A stretch of DNA of 64,000 nt from an uncultured delta proteobacterium. Lineage in GTDB: Bacteria > Myxococcota_A > Polyangia > Polyangiales > B10-G4. This document shows positions 48,836 to 57,167 of this stretch, piece by piece (position 1 is the stretch's first letter; every line of letters starts with the position of its first letter). The position numbers were made by a program, and so were the translations under genes. Below the pieces are notes generated by a model. That model was not told where the DNA came from. It saw only the letters and a list, made by a program, of their open reading frames with translations, and searched no databases. The DNA lies in the NCBI GenBank assembly GCA_963727445.1, contig CAVSGI010000009.1:192001-256000 (forward strand), in the 5' to 3' direction.

Positions 48836-49615
48836 ATGAAGACGAAGAGTGAGACGGCCTTTGGGGTCGATGGTCTGATCGAAGAGGGCGAAGCTTTCCG
48901 CAGGCTTCAGTCGGATCACCTTCGGCCGCGGCTGCGTCCTCAGAGCCGTGGCCGTCGGTTCCACGTTGGGATGTCGGTGGCGTTCGTCGCGACGGCCTTC
49001 GCCGGCTTCGCCCCGACCTATTACTTGAAGGGAGCGACCGACGCGCCGCCGCTGAGCCCGCTACTCCACATGCACGGCCTGGTCTTCTCCTCCTGGCTGC
49101 TCCTCCTGTTCACGCAAACGGCGCTCGTCGCCCGGCACCGCGTCGATCTGCACCGGCGACTCGGCATCGCCGGGGCCGTGCTCGCCGCGGTGATGGTCCC
49201 CCTCGGGATCGCCACGGCGATCGCCGCCGTCCGCCGCGCCGCTCCGGGGATCGATCCGGACGTCCGCCTCATCTTGGCGCTCGGCAACATCTCGATGTTC
49301 GGCGGCTTCATCGCTGCGGCGATCGCGAAGCGACGCACGCCCGAGCTCCATCGGCGTCTGGTCATGCTGGCGACGATCTGCATCATCGCTCCGGCGATCG
49401 CGCGCCTACCCTTCGTCGACCTGCGGCCGCCCGTCACCATCGCCCTGCACGCGCTCTTCGTGCTGGCCCCCGTCCTTCACGACCTCCGACAGCGCGGTCG
49501 CGTCCACCCCGTCTACCTCTGGGGTGGTCTCTTCATCCTCGTCTCGGGCCCGCTCCGTTTCGCCTTCTCACAGACGGATGCCTGGCACGCGATCGCTCAG
49601 TGGATCGTCGGGTAG
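48836..49615 (+). CDS. integral membrane protein with conserved His residues
   Basis: GAGGAGG RBS; about 7 TM; LHMHG, LHRRLG, HRRLVML, GRVHPVY. Confidence 0.85.
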   Translation: MKTKSETAFGVDGLIEEGEAFRRLQSDHLRPRLRPQSRGRRFHVGMSVAFVATAFAGFAPTYYLKGATDAPPLSPLLHMHGLVFSSWLLLLFTQTALVARHRVDLHRRLGIAGAVLAAVMVPLGIATAIAAVRRAAPGIDPDVRLILALGNISMFGGFIAAAIAKRRTPELHRRLVMLATICIIAPAIARLPFVDLRPPVTIALHALFVLAPVLHDLRQRGRVHPVYLWGGLFILVSGPLRFAFSQTDAWHAIAQWIVG

Positions 49616-49626
49616 GAACTCTGCAA

Positions 49627-49642
49627 TGGCACGGGCCTTGTA
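49627..49642 (+). promoter_or_regulatory. putative sigma54 promoter
   Basis: TGGCACG-GGCC-TTGTA upstream of CDS 49751. Confidence 0.45.
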
Positions 49643-49750
49643 GTGCGGATCCTTTCGAGAGCGTGCGTGTGCCAGGTGCGAGCCGCGGAGACCCCGTGGA
49701 TGGCACAGCCGTGACAGCCGCGTCGCGCTCTCGGGAAGGGAACGCTTTTC

Positions 49751-50845
49751 ATGAATGTTTCGAAGGCCATCCACGGCATGGCGCTGGTGATGCTCGTCTC
49801 GTGGACCCCAGGTTGCTTCCTCTTCGGCTCGCCGACCAACGACGTTCGCACGGCGACAGTGATGGACGACGGCCGCATCGTCGTGGTCGTCCAGACTCAG
49901 GGACCACAAGATGAGGCCGGAGACTCCGACTTTCGCGGGCTCAGCCGCTATACCTTCACCCGGGCGGGAGAGACGTTCTGCGATCCCATCGTCGGCCCCG
50001 AGCAGCCGGCCGGATACGGACCGTCCTACGTGATCACGGGCAGTGAGCTCCTGATCACCGATACCTACCGAGAGACGATCTGGATCGCCGCCGATGGATC
50101 CTCCTCCGGAGTGATCGACGACGCGCTTCCTTTCGGACGCCGGCTCCAAGGCGCATGGACGAGCCCGGACGGCGTCGGTCGGGTGGCCACGACGAGTGGG
50201 ATCTTCAGCGTGACCGGCGACGGTCGCGTGGCGTCCGTAGCCACCCTCGGCGGGTTCGACGGTCGCGCCATCCAAGCGCTCAATGGCTACGTGCCGACCG
50301 ACGACCTCCGGGGAGTCACCGTGCGGTGCGTCGGCGGAATCACGCCCACCGAAACCCTCATCGAGGTCGACTGCACGGGCAGCAGGTGCATGCTCGCTTC
50401 ATCGGGGGTCGCTGCCGATGGGCGCTGCAGCGAGGGCACCCTCGTCTCGGGAGCGGATGGCGCCTACTACGTCGAGGCAGACCGGGGCAGCTCGCCTGCC
50501 ATCGCGATCACCACCCTGGATGGCAGGCGTCGCGTCGCGGACCTCAACACCTTCTTTCTTGCCGCCACGCCCAGAGAAGGGGGCGGGGTGGCCATCGCTT
50601 CCCTGACCTATCTGGACACGCTGGAGCTCGTCCTGGTCGATCCCGATGGCACGGTCCGCCGCGCCTCGATGGGGAGCCACGACGCTCTCTCTTTCCTGGA
50701 CAGCTTCGGGATGGTCGCCATCGGCACCGGTGCAGACGAGGAGGTCTGGGCCTTCTTGGGCGTCGGTCATGGACTCCGTGTGGTCTCCATCGGCGTGGAG
50801 ACAGGCGAGCAGCTGCAGCGCCGCGACCTGCCCAACTGTCTCTGA
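49751..50845 (+). CDS. hypothetical beta-rich lipoprotein
   Basis: Hydrophobic signal ending TPGC; propeller-like xDG turns. Confidence 0.7.
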   Translation: MNVSKAIHGMALVMLVSWTPGCFLFGSPTNDVRTATVMDDGRIVVVVQTQGPQDEAGDSDFRGLSRYTFTRAGETFCDPIVGPEQPAGYGPSYVITGSELLITDTYRETIWIAADGSSSGVIDDALPFGRRLQGAWTSPDGVGRVATTSGIFSVTGDGRVASVATLGGFDGRAIQALNGYVPTDDLRGVTVRCVGGITPTETLIEVDCTGSRCMLASSGVAADGRCSEGTLVSGADGAYYVEADRGSSPAIAITTLDGRRRVADLNTFFLAATPREGGGVAIASLTYLDTLELVLVDPDGTVRRASMGSHDALSFLDSFGMVAIGTGADEEVWAFLGVGHGLRVVSIGVETGEQLQRRDLPNCL

Positions 50846-50855
50846 CCGTCGCTCT

Positions 50856-51386
50856 TCAGGAGCCGACGTCGTTCACGGCGAAGCTGATGTTGCCGAACCC
50901 CGCCTGGGCCGCCGAGAAGAGCACCTTCTTGATGACGCGATAGTCGGTGTTGGCGTCGGCCTGGATGATCACCGCGTGGGGAAGCTCCTCGCCGGGGTGA
51001 AGGATCGTCCAGTTGTGGGCGGTGGTCTCGAGATCGCGAACGAGGGGCTCGATGCGGCTGATGCTCGCGTCGGCCGTGAGGCCCTCCGTGCTGGTGACCT
51101 CGCGCCCGTCGAGGCTCACCCGGTGGCGGTTGATCTCGATCACTGGGGCCTCGGCGATCCGCACCGTGTTCACCCCGTCGGGCAGGCGCATGTCCTCGCT
51201 CTGGGCGACGATTTGATCCCCGAAGTTCGCCAGGAGAAAGACCACCAGGCAGATGAGCAGGTCGATGAAGGGTACGAGCGTGACCTGCGTATCGACGTTC
51301 TTGCGCGCGCCGCCGCGGATTCGTTCGCGGACGAAGGTCAGTGGGATCGTCTCGAGCAGGCGCGGCGACGGTGCGTGAACGGCCAT
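50856..51386 (-). CDS. ExbD/TolR family protein, AglS-like
   Basis: LVPFIDLLICLVVFLL TM helix with the conserved Asp; IIQAD..TDYRVIKKV..AQAGFGNISFAV; GGAGG RBS. Confidence 0.9.
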   Translation of the reverse strand: MAVHAPSPRLLETIPLTFVRERIRGGARKNVDTQVTLVPFIDLLICLVVFLLANFGDQIVAQSEDMRLPDGVNTVRIAEAPVIEINRHRVSLDGREVTSTEGLTADASISRIEPLVRDLETTAHNWTILHPGEELPHAVIIQADANTDYRVIKKVLFSAAQAGFGNISFAVNDVGS

Positions 51387-51435
51387 GGGTCCTCCTGCCT
51401 CCTTAGAGGTCACGGGGCGGCAAATGTTCCGGCGT

Positions 51436-52419
51436 TCAGGGCAGCCAGTCGGCGAAGAGCTCCTCGCTGCGCTGTCGGAGGCGCGCCTGGACCTCTTCGT
51501 CCAGCGCCCGGCCGTCCGGTTCGACGATCGCCTGCATGTGCAGGTAGCCGTTCGTCTCCGGGGCGTCTGGACTGACCGCGAAGTGGATCACCGGGAGCGT
51601 CGCCTGCTCGGCGCCGTTGAAGAGCAGGCGCATGACCGGATGGATCAGGGGGCGGGTCCACGTGGGCGCCTCGCGCGCGATCTCCGTCGCCATGGGGCCG
51701 GGGCACAGGGCGTGGACGGCGAGGCCGTGCTCCGCGCCCGGTGGGTGCTCAGCGGCGAAGGCGCGGAGCCAGGCCAGCATCAGCAGCTTGCTGTGCCCGT
51801 ACCACTTCGTCCCGTCGCTCAAGCCGAACGAGGGCACCCGCTCGAAGGCCTCGAGGTCGAGGGGCGGCGCCGAGCGGTGACTCTCGGAGGACACGAGGAT
51901 CACACGCGCTGGGGTTCCGTCGGGAGCGCTCGAGAAGACGCCCGCCGCGTGCAGGCGGCGCAAGAGCACGGCGTTGGCAGCGAAGTGCACGGCGAACATC
52001 TCCTCGAAGCCCTGAGGAGAGACGCGCGGGCGCGCCGCGTACATGCCCGCGTTGAGCACCAGGAGGTGGACCGGCGGGCCTTCCGCGAGCCGATCGGCGA
52101 GCTCGACCACGCGATCCAGATCGCTGAGCTCCACCCCGAGGGCGCGCGCGTCCTCGCCGCTCGTCCGACCGAGCGTCGCGGCGAGCGCCTCGGGTGGTGC
52201 GCGGCCGGTGAGGGTGAGGGCCGCGCCTCGCCGGGCGAAGTCGCGGGCGATGGCCTCGCCCAGCCCGCGGCTCGCTCCGGTGATGACCGCATGCTGGCCC
52301 TCGAGGCGAAGCTCGGGGCCCGGTCGCGGCACGTCGCGCCGCGGCCTCAGGAGATCGCGGAGCGCCGTGATCGTCGCTGCGATGGGTCCCTGGTGGGCCG
52401 TGCTCGGCTCAGTAGCCAT
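51436..52419 (-). CDS. short-chain dehydrogenase/reductase (retinol-DH-like subgroup)
   Basis: ITGASRGLG, LNAG, VSSESH, YGHSK. Confidence 0.9.
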   Translation of the reverse strand: MATEPSTAHQGPIAATITALRDLLRPRRDVPRPGPELRLEGQHAVITGASRGLGEAIARDFARRGAALTLTGRAPPEALAATLGRTSGEDARALGVELSDLDRVVELADRLAEGPPVHLLVLNAGMYAARPRVSPQGFEEMFAVHFAANAVLLRRLHAAGVFSSAPDGTPARVILVSSESHRSAPPLDLEAFERVPSFGLSDGTKWYGHSKLLMLAWLRAFAAEHPPGAEHGLAVHALCPGPMATEIAREAPTWTRPLIHPVMRLLFNGAEQATLPVIHFAVSPDAPETNGYLHMQAIVEPDGRALDEEVQARLRQRSEELFADWLP

Positions 52420-53650
52420 GCCGCTCCATGTAGCGCCCGAGCGCCGCGCGGACCGCCGCTTCGTCGAGCCCGAAATCGGCGAGCTGATAATGGTGACGGC
52501 CGAAGCGATCTCTTCTTCGAGCGACGGAGCTCGTCTCGTAGCGCTGCGTCGACGCGCGGACCGCCGGACCATCCGAAGCTCCTCGGACGAGCGCGCTCGC
52601 CGCCTCGCGCGGATCGTCGACCAGCACCTCGTAGTCCAGATCGACGAAGTGCTCCGGGTGTTCCTCGCGCACCGCGGCGGCACGCTCCGTGAGCCTGGCG
52701 ATCTTCGCGAGCCAGTGTCGACCGACCGCGTGCGGGTCGACCGCGTCGGAGAACACCGCTCGCCCATGCGCCACCATGCTGCAGAACGAAGGCACTGTGA
52801 CGAGCGGGTCGCGATGCGTCTGCACGATGCGCACGCCGGCGAGCTCGCGCAGCACCACGTCGAGCCATTCCATGTGGTGCGGGCTCTTGAGGATCCAATG
52901 GCGCTTGTGCGGCGAGGCCGCTTGAAGCAGCTTCAAGACGCGCACCATGTAGGCGTAGGCCGGCGCCTGGTCCTGCGCCTCGAGCCAGCGCGCGTAGCTG
53001 GGCACGTTCATGATCGCCTCGCCGGTCTGGCTCATGAAGGACAGCTCCAGGAGCAGGATGTCCTCTTCCGGTGAGTCGGCCTCTACCGGATGGATGGCGA
53101 AGAACTCGGGTGCGAGGAGCCGGAGCGCGATCTCGGCGCGGCGCGCGAGGAAGCGCCGGCGTCGATCCCCGACGTCACCCTCGAGTGGCGCGGGGTTGAG
53201 CGCTTCCCAGCTCGCGAGGGACCGGGTGTCGGGGTGGGCCGCGAGGAGCCGGTGAAGCAGCGTGGTCCCCGTGCGTTGAAGTCCCGCGATGAGCACCGGC
53301 GGCAGGAGCTCGGTGTCGAGGAGCGACGGGCTGCGCGCGAGCGCGTCCTCGATCCGCAATCGGTTGCAGAGCAGGTCCGTGAGCCGTCGTTCTTGAATGA
53401 AGCGGCCCACCGGCGTGAGGCGGGCTTCGTGGCGCATGCTCTCGAGGAGCTTCTCGAGGGCAGGAACGAAGAAGGGCTCTCCGAGATCGTGGAGGCCGGT
53501 CTCGCGCCGCGCGCGATCGATGAGCGTCCCGGCCGTCGTCTGCCGCCGCCGCCCGATGGAGAGGACGCGGTTCAGCGCACGGACCGGCCGGGGAGCGCGA
53601 GGATGATCGCTCCAGCGCGCATCGTGGCGGCGCTCGAGGAACGGTTTCAT
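52409..53650 (-). CDS. PAPS-dependent sulfotransferase
   Basis: IAGLQRTGTTLLH (5'-PSB loop), WILKSPHH, THRDP; its ATG overlaps the upstream TGA. Confidence 0.9.
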   Translation of the reverse strand: MKPFLERRHDARWSDHPRAPRPVRALNRVLSIGRRRQTTAGTLIDRARRETGLHDLGEPFFVPALEKLLESMRHEARLTPVGRFIQERRLTDLLCNRLRIEDALARSPSLLDTELLPPVLIAGLQRTGTTLLHRLLAAHPDTRSLASWEALNPAPLEGDVGDRRRRFLARRAEIALRLLAPEFFAIHPVEADSPEEDILLLELSFMSQTGEAIMNVPSYARWLEAQDQAPAYAYMVRVLKLLQAASPHKRHWILKSPHHMEWLDVVLRELAGVRIVQTHRDPLVTVPSFCSMVAHGRAVFSDAVDPHAVGRHWLAKIARLTERAAAVREEHPEHFVDLDYEVLVDDPREAASALVRGASDGPAVRASTQRYETSSVARRRDRFGRHHYQLADFGLDEAAVRAALGRYMERHGY

Positions 53651-54856
53651 GCGCCCTGGCTGGCGGCCACGATCCGGTCCAGCTCCTCGTCGCTGACGAC
53701 GCGCGCATCGGGTCTGGGATGCTCGTCGGCGCGGATCCAACGGAAGGTCATGGTCCCCTCGGTGTGATGCGCCGTGTCGATCCAGTTCGGGTGGCCCGGG
53801 TCGCGGTGGGCGACGATGATCGCACGAGGTACCGTCGCTCTCGAGCACGGCGCTCGCCTTGTTCACGTGGATGCGGTGGTAGCGATAGTCGAGAGACTCG
53901 AGCCAGTAGTTGTTGAGCTGGAAGTTCCAGTGCTCGCACTCCGGGATCCGCGTACGGATGACGAGGCTCTGTCCCGGCGGGAGGTTCCAGTAGCTGTGGT
54001 AGTAGCGGATGTTCGGATCGCCGCCGGCAGCGTTCGACTTCTCGACATCGAAAAGAGGGAGCTCGTTCGCGTGTTCCTTCCACTCGTCCGCCCACTTGGC
54101 GAAGAGCATCGACGCACCCGCGACCAGCGTACCGGCCTGCTTCAATCCGTCGTCGAGGCGCTCGGGAGTCAGCGGTCCAGGAGGCGGCGCGTCTTCATCC
54201 AGCGGATCGATGCGCAGCGTAGCGGCCGTCTCTCTCTCGCGGTCGAGGAAGGTCTGGCGCACGATGAGCGTGCCCGTCTCTTCGGTCATGGGCAGCCAGT
54301 TCCCTTCGTGCTCCTCCGCGCTGAGGATCAGCTCGAAGCTTCCGTCGTCGGCGATCTCCAGCTCGGATGCCTCGACGTAGCCAGTGGGCGGCATCCCGCC
54401 GGACTGGCCGTAGTGGCCGACCTGGGTGCCGAAGCCGAGGTACTTCACGGTGCCGCGCTGACCGTGGAGCCGATAGGACCGGCGCCCGTCGAGGCTCGCG
54501 TGAAGGTACTGGTTGTCCGGGTTGTCCGAGCCCATCTTGATCGTCTCGTGGACCACGTGGCGCAGCGTCGGGCGCTCCGGATCCGCGTGCTCGACGAAGG
54601 CCTCGAGCCCCGCGCGGGCGAGGCGGCTCAGATAGCGATAGCCCTCGGCCTGCTGGAAGGGATCGCGCGGCGCACCACCATGGTTCAGCGCTGCCCCCGC
54701 TGCCTTGAGCGTGTCGCAGAACTCCTCCCAGCTCTTGCCGCTGACGACGCGCTCGGCGGCTGCCGATTCGGGCGTCTGCCCCCGCACCTTCAGCAGGAAG
54801 AGGTTCCAGCGACGATAGGCGTCGAGCGCCCCGACCACGACCTTACGCAAGCTCAC
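53647..54856 (-). CDS. DUF1214-like protein with a +1 nt frameshift near 53825
   Basis: AEGYRYLSR, DNPDNQY, DGSFELILS, WNFQLNNYWLESLDYR, then continues in another frame as IIVAHRDPGHPNWIDTAHH.GTM.FRW to a TGA at 53647. Span is 1210 nt (3n+1). Confidence 0.8.
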
Positions 54857-55361
54857 CTCCGTGGACCTCGACCAGCCCGCGGCAGACGGCGTCGAAGCCC
54901 GCTTGCATCCCGCGTCCGTAGAGAGCCCTCACGACGGGCGTGAGCATACCGGTGAGGACGTCGTCGGTGCGATAGAGAGTCCGCTCCTCGTCGAGCGCGA
55001 CGAGCCACTGGGAGCGATTGGCCATCAAGAAGGGTCCCATCGTCATACCCCAGCAGAGGCGCCGCTCGGCGACGATCGAGTGCATGTGCTCCACGCGCCG
55101 TATCGGGCGGCGGTCCGGGAAACAGACGCGCATGTTCACTTCGGCGCCTTCGCGGAGCGTGGTGCGTACTTCGGGTGTGAATGCGTTCCACCGCGCATAG
55201 TCGTCGAACGCGGTGAGCGTCGCCCAGACAGCGGCGGGCGGCGCCGAGAGCACAGCCTGGCTCCGTACGGCGAATCGAAAAGGCCCCGTCCCCCGATACG
55301 CATGCTGCGGCGGTAGCCCGGCGTCGCCGTCGAGCGAGGCGAGACGACTGTCGGCAGCCAT
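54843..55361 (-). CDS. SRPBCC (polyketide cyclase/START-like) family protein
   Basis: APPAAVWATLTAFDDYARWN, RRLCW, C-terminal helix. Confidence 0.85.
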   Translation of the reverse strand: MAADSRLASLDGDAGLPPQHAYRGTGPFRFAVRSQAVLSAPPAAVWATLTAFDDYARWNAFTPEVRTTLREGAEVNMRVCFPDRRPIRRVEHMHSIVAERRLCWGMTMGPFLMANRSQWLVALDEERTLYRTDDVLTGMLTPVVRALYGRGMQAGFDAVCRGLVEVHGGELA

Positions 55362-55379
55362 GGAAGGGCCGAGGATAGC

Positions 55380-55949
55380 TCAGCCCCGGGCGCTTCGATT
55401 GACGAGCACCTGATAACGGCGGTGAGGCGAGAGCACGCTGTCGTCCTCGCCTTCGCTTTGGAGCGCGTTGGCGCGGGTCAGCTGTCGGCTCGGGGTACAG
55501 CAGGCGAGGGTGAATGCCGCGTTCCATCGAAGGCGGCTCAGAACGTCGTCGACGTCGACGTGCGCGTGGACGAAGGTCACGAAGGTGGGCATCTCCGGCA
55601 AGGCGTTCAGCGCGTCCGCCGCGTCGTGGACGGACTCCTTGCGATATGTCAGCCGGCGCACCCCGAAGCGCTCGCGCCACCGGGACACCAGCGTCTCGTT
55701 GATCAGCGGGTCGACGCTGATGTTCTCGGCCTGTGTCTTGAGCGCGAAGAGGGCCGCGGTGCGGGCGTGGGCGCCGTCGCCGACGTGGATGACGCGAAAG
55801 CGCGGCTCCGGCAGATGCGGACGGAGATGGACCAGCGCCGAGAAGCTCTCGGTCATCTCTTTCGCGGGCTTGGTCGCGTTGGCGAAGAGTGGCCACAGCG
55901 CCTCGAACGACTGACGCCGCATGAGCCGATCGATGTAGGCGCCGTTCAT
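55380..55949 (-). CDS. hypothetical protein, possible Rossmann-fold methyltransferase
   Basis: VIHVGDG..RTAALFA, ISVDP, VHAH, LACC; TATACT upstream. Confidence 0.7.
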   Translation of the reverse strand: MNGAYIDRLMRRQSFEALWPLFANATKPAKEMTESFSALVHLRPHLPEPRFRVIHVGDGAHARTAALFALKTQAENISVDPLINETLVSRWRERFGVRRLTYRKESVHDAADALNALPEMPTFVTFVHAHVDVDDVLSRLRWNAAFTLACCTPSRQLTRANALQSEGEDDSVLSPHRRYQVLVNRSARG

Positions 55950-56099
55950 GAGTCGAGCCCGGGCGGCAGTATACTCCCCGAGGTTCGAGGAGCGGACCGC
56001 CGACGGAGACCGAAGAGCCGAGTCGAGGCCTGGGGTCGTTGGTTCCGTTTGACCACGGACCCTCCTCCGGCCAGGCTTCCCGGCTCCAAGAGGTGTCTG

Positions 56100-57077
56100 A
56101 TGGCTAGATTTTCGCTGCTTGTCCTTCTTGCACTGGCGCTCGGCGCTTGCTCTTCACGCGAAGGTACGGGGGGCCGCGGTGGCCGCGGGACCGGAGACGG
56201 CGGCGTAGCCGGGGACGGCGGCGTAGGCGGGGACGGGGGATCTGGTGACGCCTCGGGCCCGCCGCTTCGCCCCGACTGCACGGTGCAGCCCGAGAACACG
56301 CCCGAGGCGTGTTCGGACGGCGAGGACAACAACTGCAACTATCAGTACGACTGCTCGGACCCGTCCTGCTCGGGCGTCGGCGCGTGCCCGATCTGCGGCA
56401 GCGTCGACACGCCTCTCGGCTCGCCCCTGGCTCTTCCAGACGGCGTGGGTGACATCACCTGCGCGACGGACGCGGACTGCCCCGGCACCCAGCACTGCTT
56501 CACCATCGACGGCCTCTTTGGTCCGTCCATGGAGTGTCGCGAGTCCTACCGCTCGACCCTCTCCTTCATCGGGTTCGGCGGGGCCACCTTCAACTCGCCG
56601 AGCGACATCACTTCGCTCTGCGTCACGATGGAGCACTCCTGGATCCGCGACCTCGAAATCGCGCTCGAGGCGCCCAACGGCTCCAAGATCCGGCTTCAGC
56701 GCTTCCTCGGTCAGGAAGGCGACGAGATCTACCTCGGCGAGGCGAACGACTGTGACAGCGAGGGATCGCCGTCGCCGGGGACGGGCGCCACCTATTGCTG
56801 GACGCCCACCGCGACCCGTCCTGCGATGCTCGATTACGCCAACGGTGGCGGCGCGATGGACAGCGTCGCCTCGTGTGAAGGCTACGACGTCGACGAGATG
56901 CCCCCGGGCGACTACTCCGCCGCCGAGGACTGGTCGGCCCTGGTCGGGACACCGCTCAACGGCGACTGGACCCTCTCGGTCACGGACCTGTGGCCGCTCG
57001 ACAACGGTTACATCTTCGAGTGGTCGATCTCCTTCGATCCCCACACGGTCGAGGACTGCTCGTCGCCGCTGATCTGA
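56100..57077 (+). CDS. lipoprotein with proprotein-convertase P-domain-like module
   Basis: LALGAC, GDGG repeats, CSDGEDNNC..DCSDPSC, EHSWIRDLEIALEAPNG...LNGDWTLSVTD..DNGYIFEWSISF. Confidence 0.85.
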   Translation: MARFSLLVLLALALGACSSREGTGGRGGRGTGDGGVAGDGGVGGDGGSGDASGPPLRPDCTVQPENTPEACSDGEDNNCNYQYDCSDPSCSGVGACPICGSVDTPLGSPLALPDGVGDITCATDADCPGTQHCFTIDGLFGPSMECRESYRSTLSFIGFGGATFNSPSDITSLCVTMEHSWIRDLEIALEAPNGSKIRLQRFLGQEGDEIYLGEANDCDSEGSPSPGTGATYCWTPTATRPAMLDYANGGGAMDSVASCEGYDVDEMPPGDYSAAEDWSALVGTPLNGDWTLSVTDLWPLDNGYIFEWSISFDPHTVEDCSSPLI

Positions 57078-57167
57078 GCCGCTTGGCTTCGGATCTTCGA
57101 CGCCTGAGGACGACGCGCAACCTCTGCGCTCCTCTACGCGTACTCACGATGTATGCTGGAATCGTCG

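Noticed and set aside
49701..49716. Second sigma54 box TGGCACA-GCCG-TGACA
   Set aside because: The -12 element does not fit the required spacing or sequence.
52409..54856. 815-aa natural DUF1214-sulfotransferase fusion
   Set aside because: The joining segment is out-of-frame junk. The true DUF1214 C-terminus is in another frame and has its own stop overlapping the next ATG.
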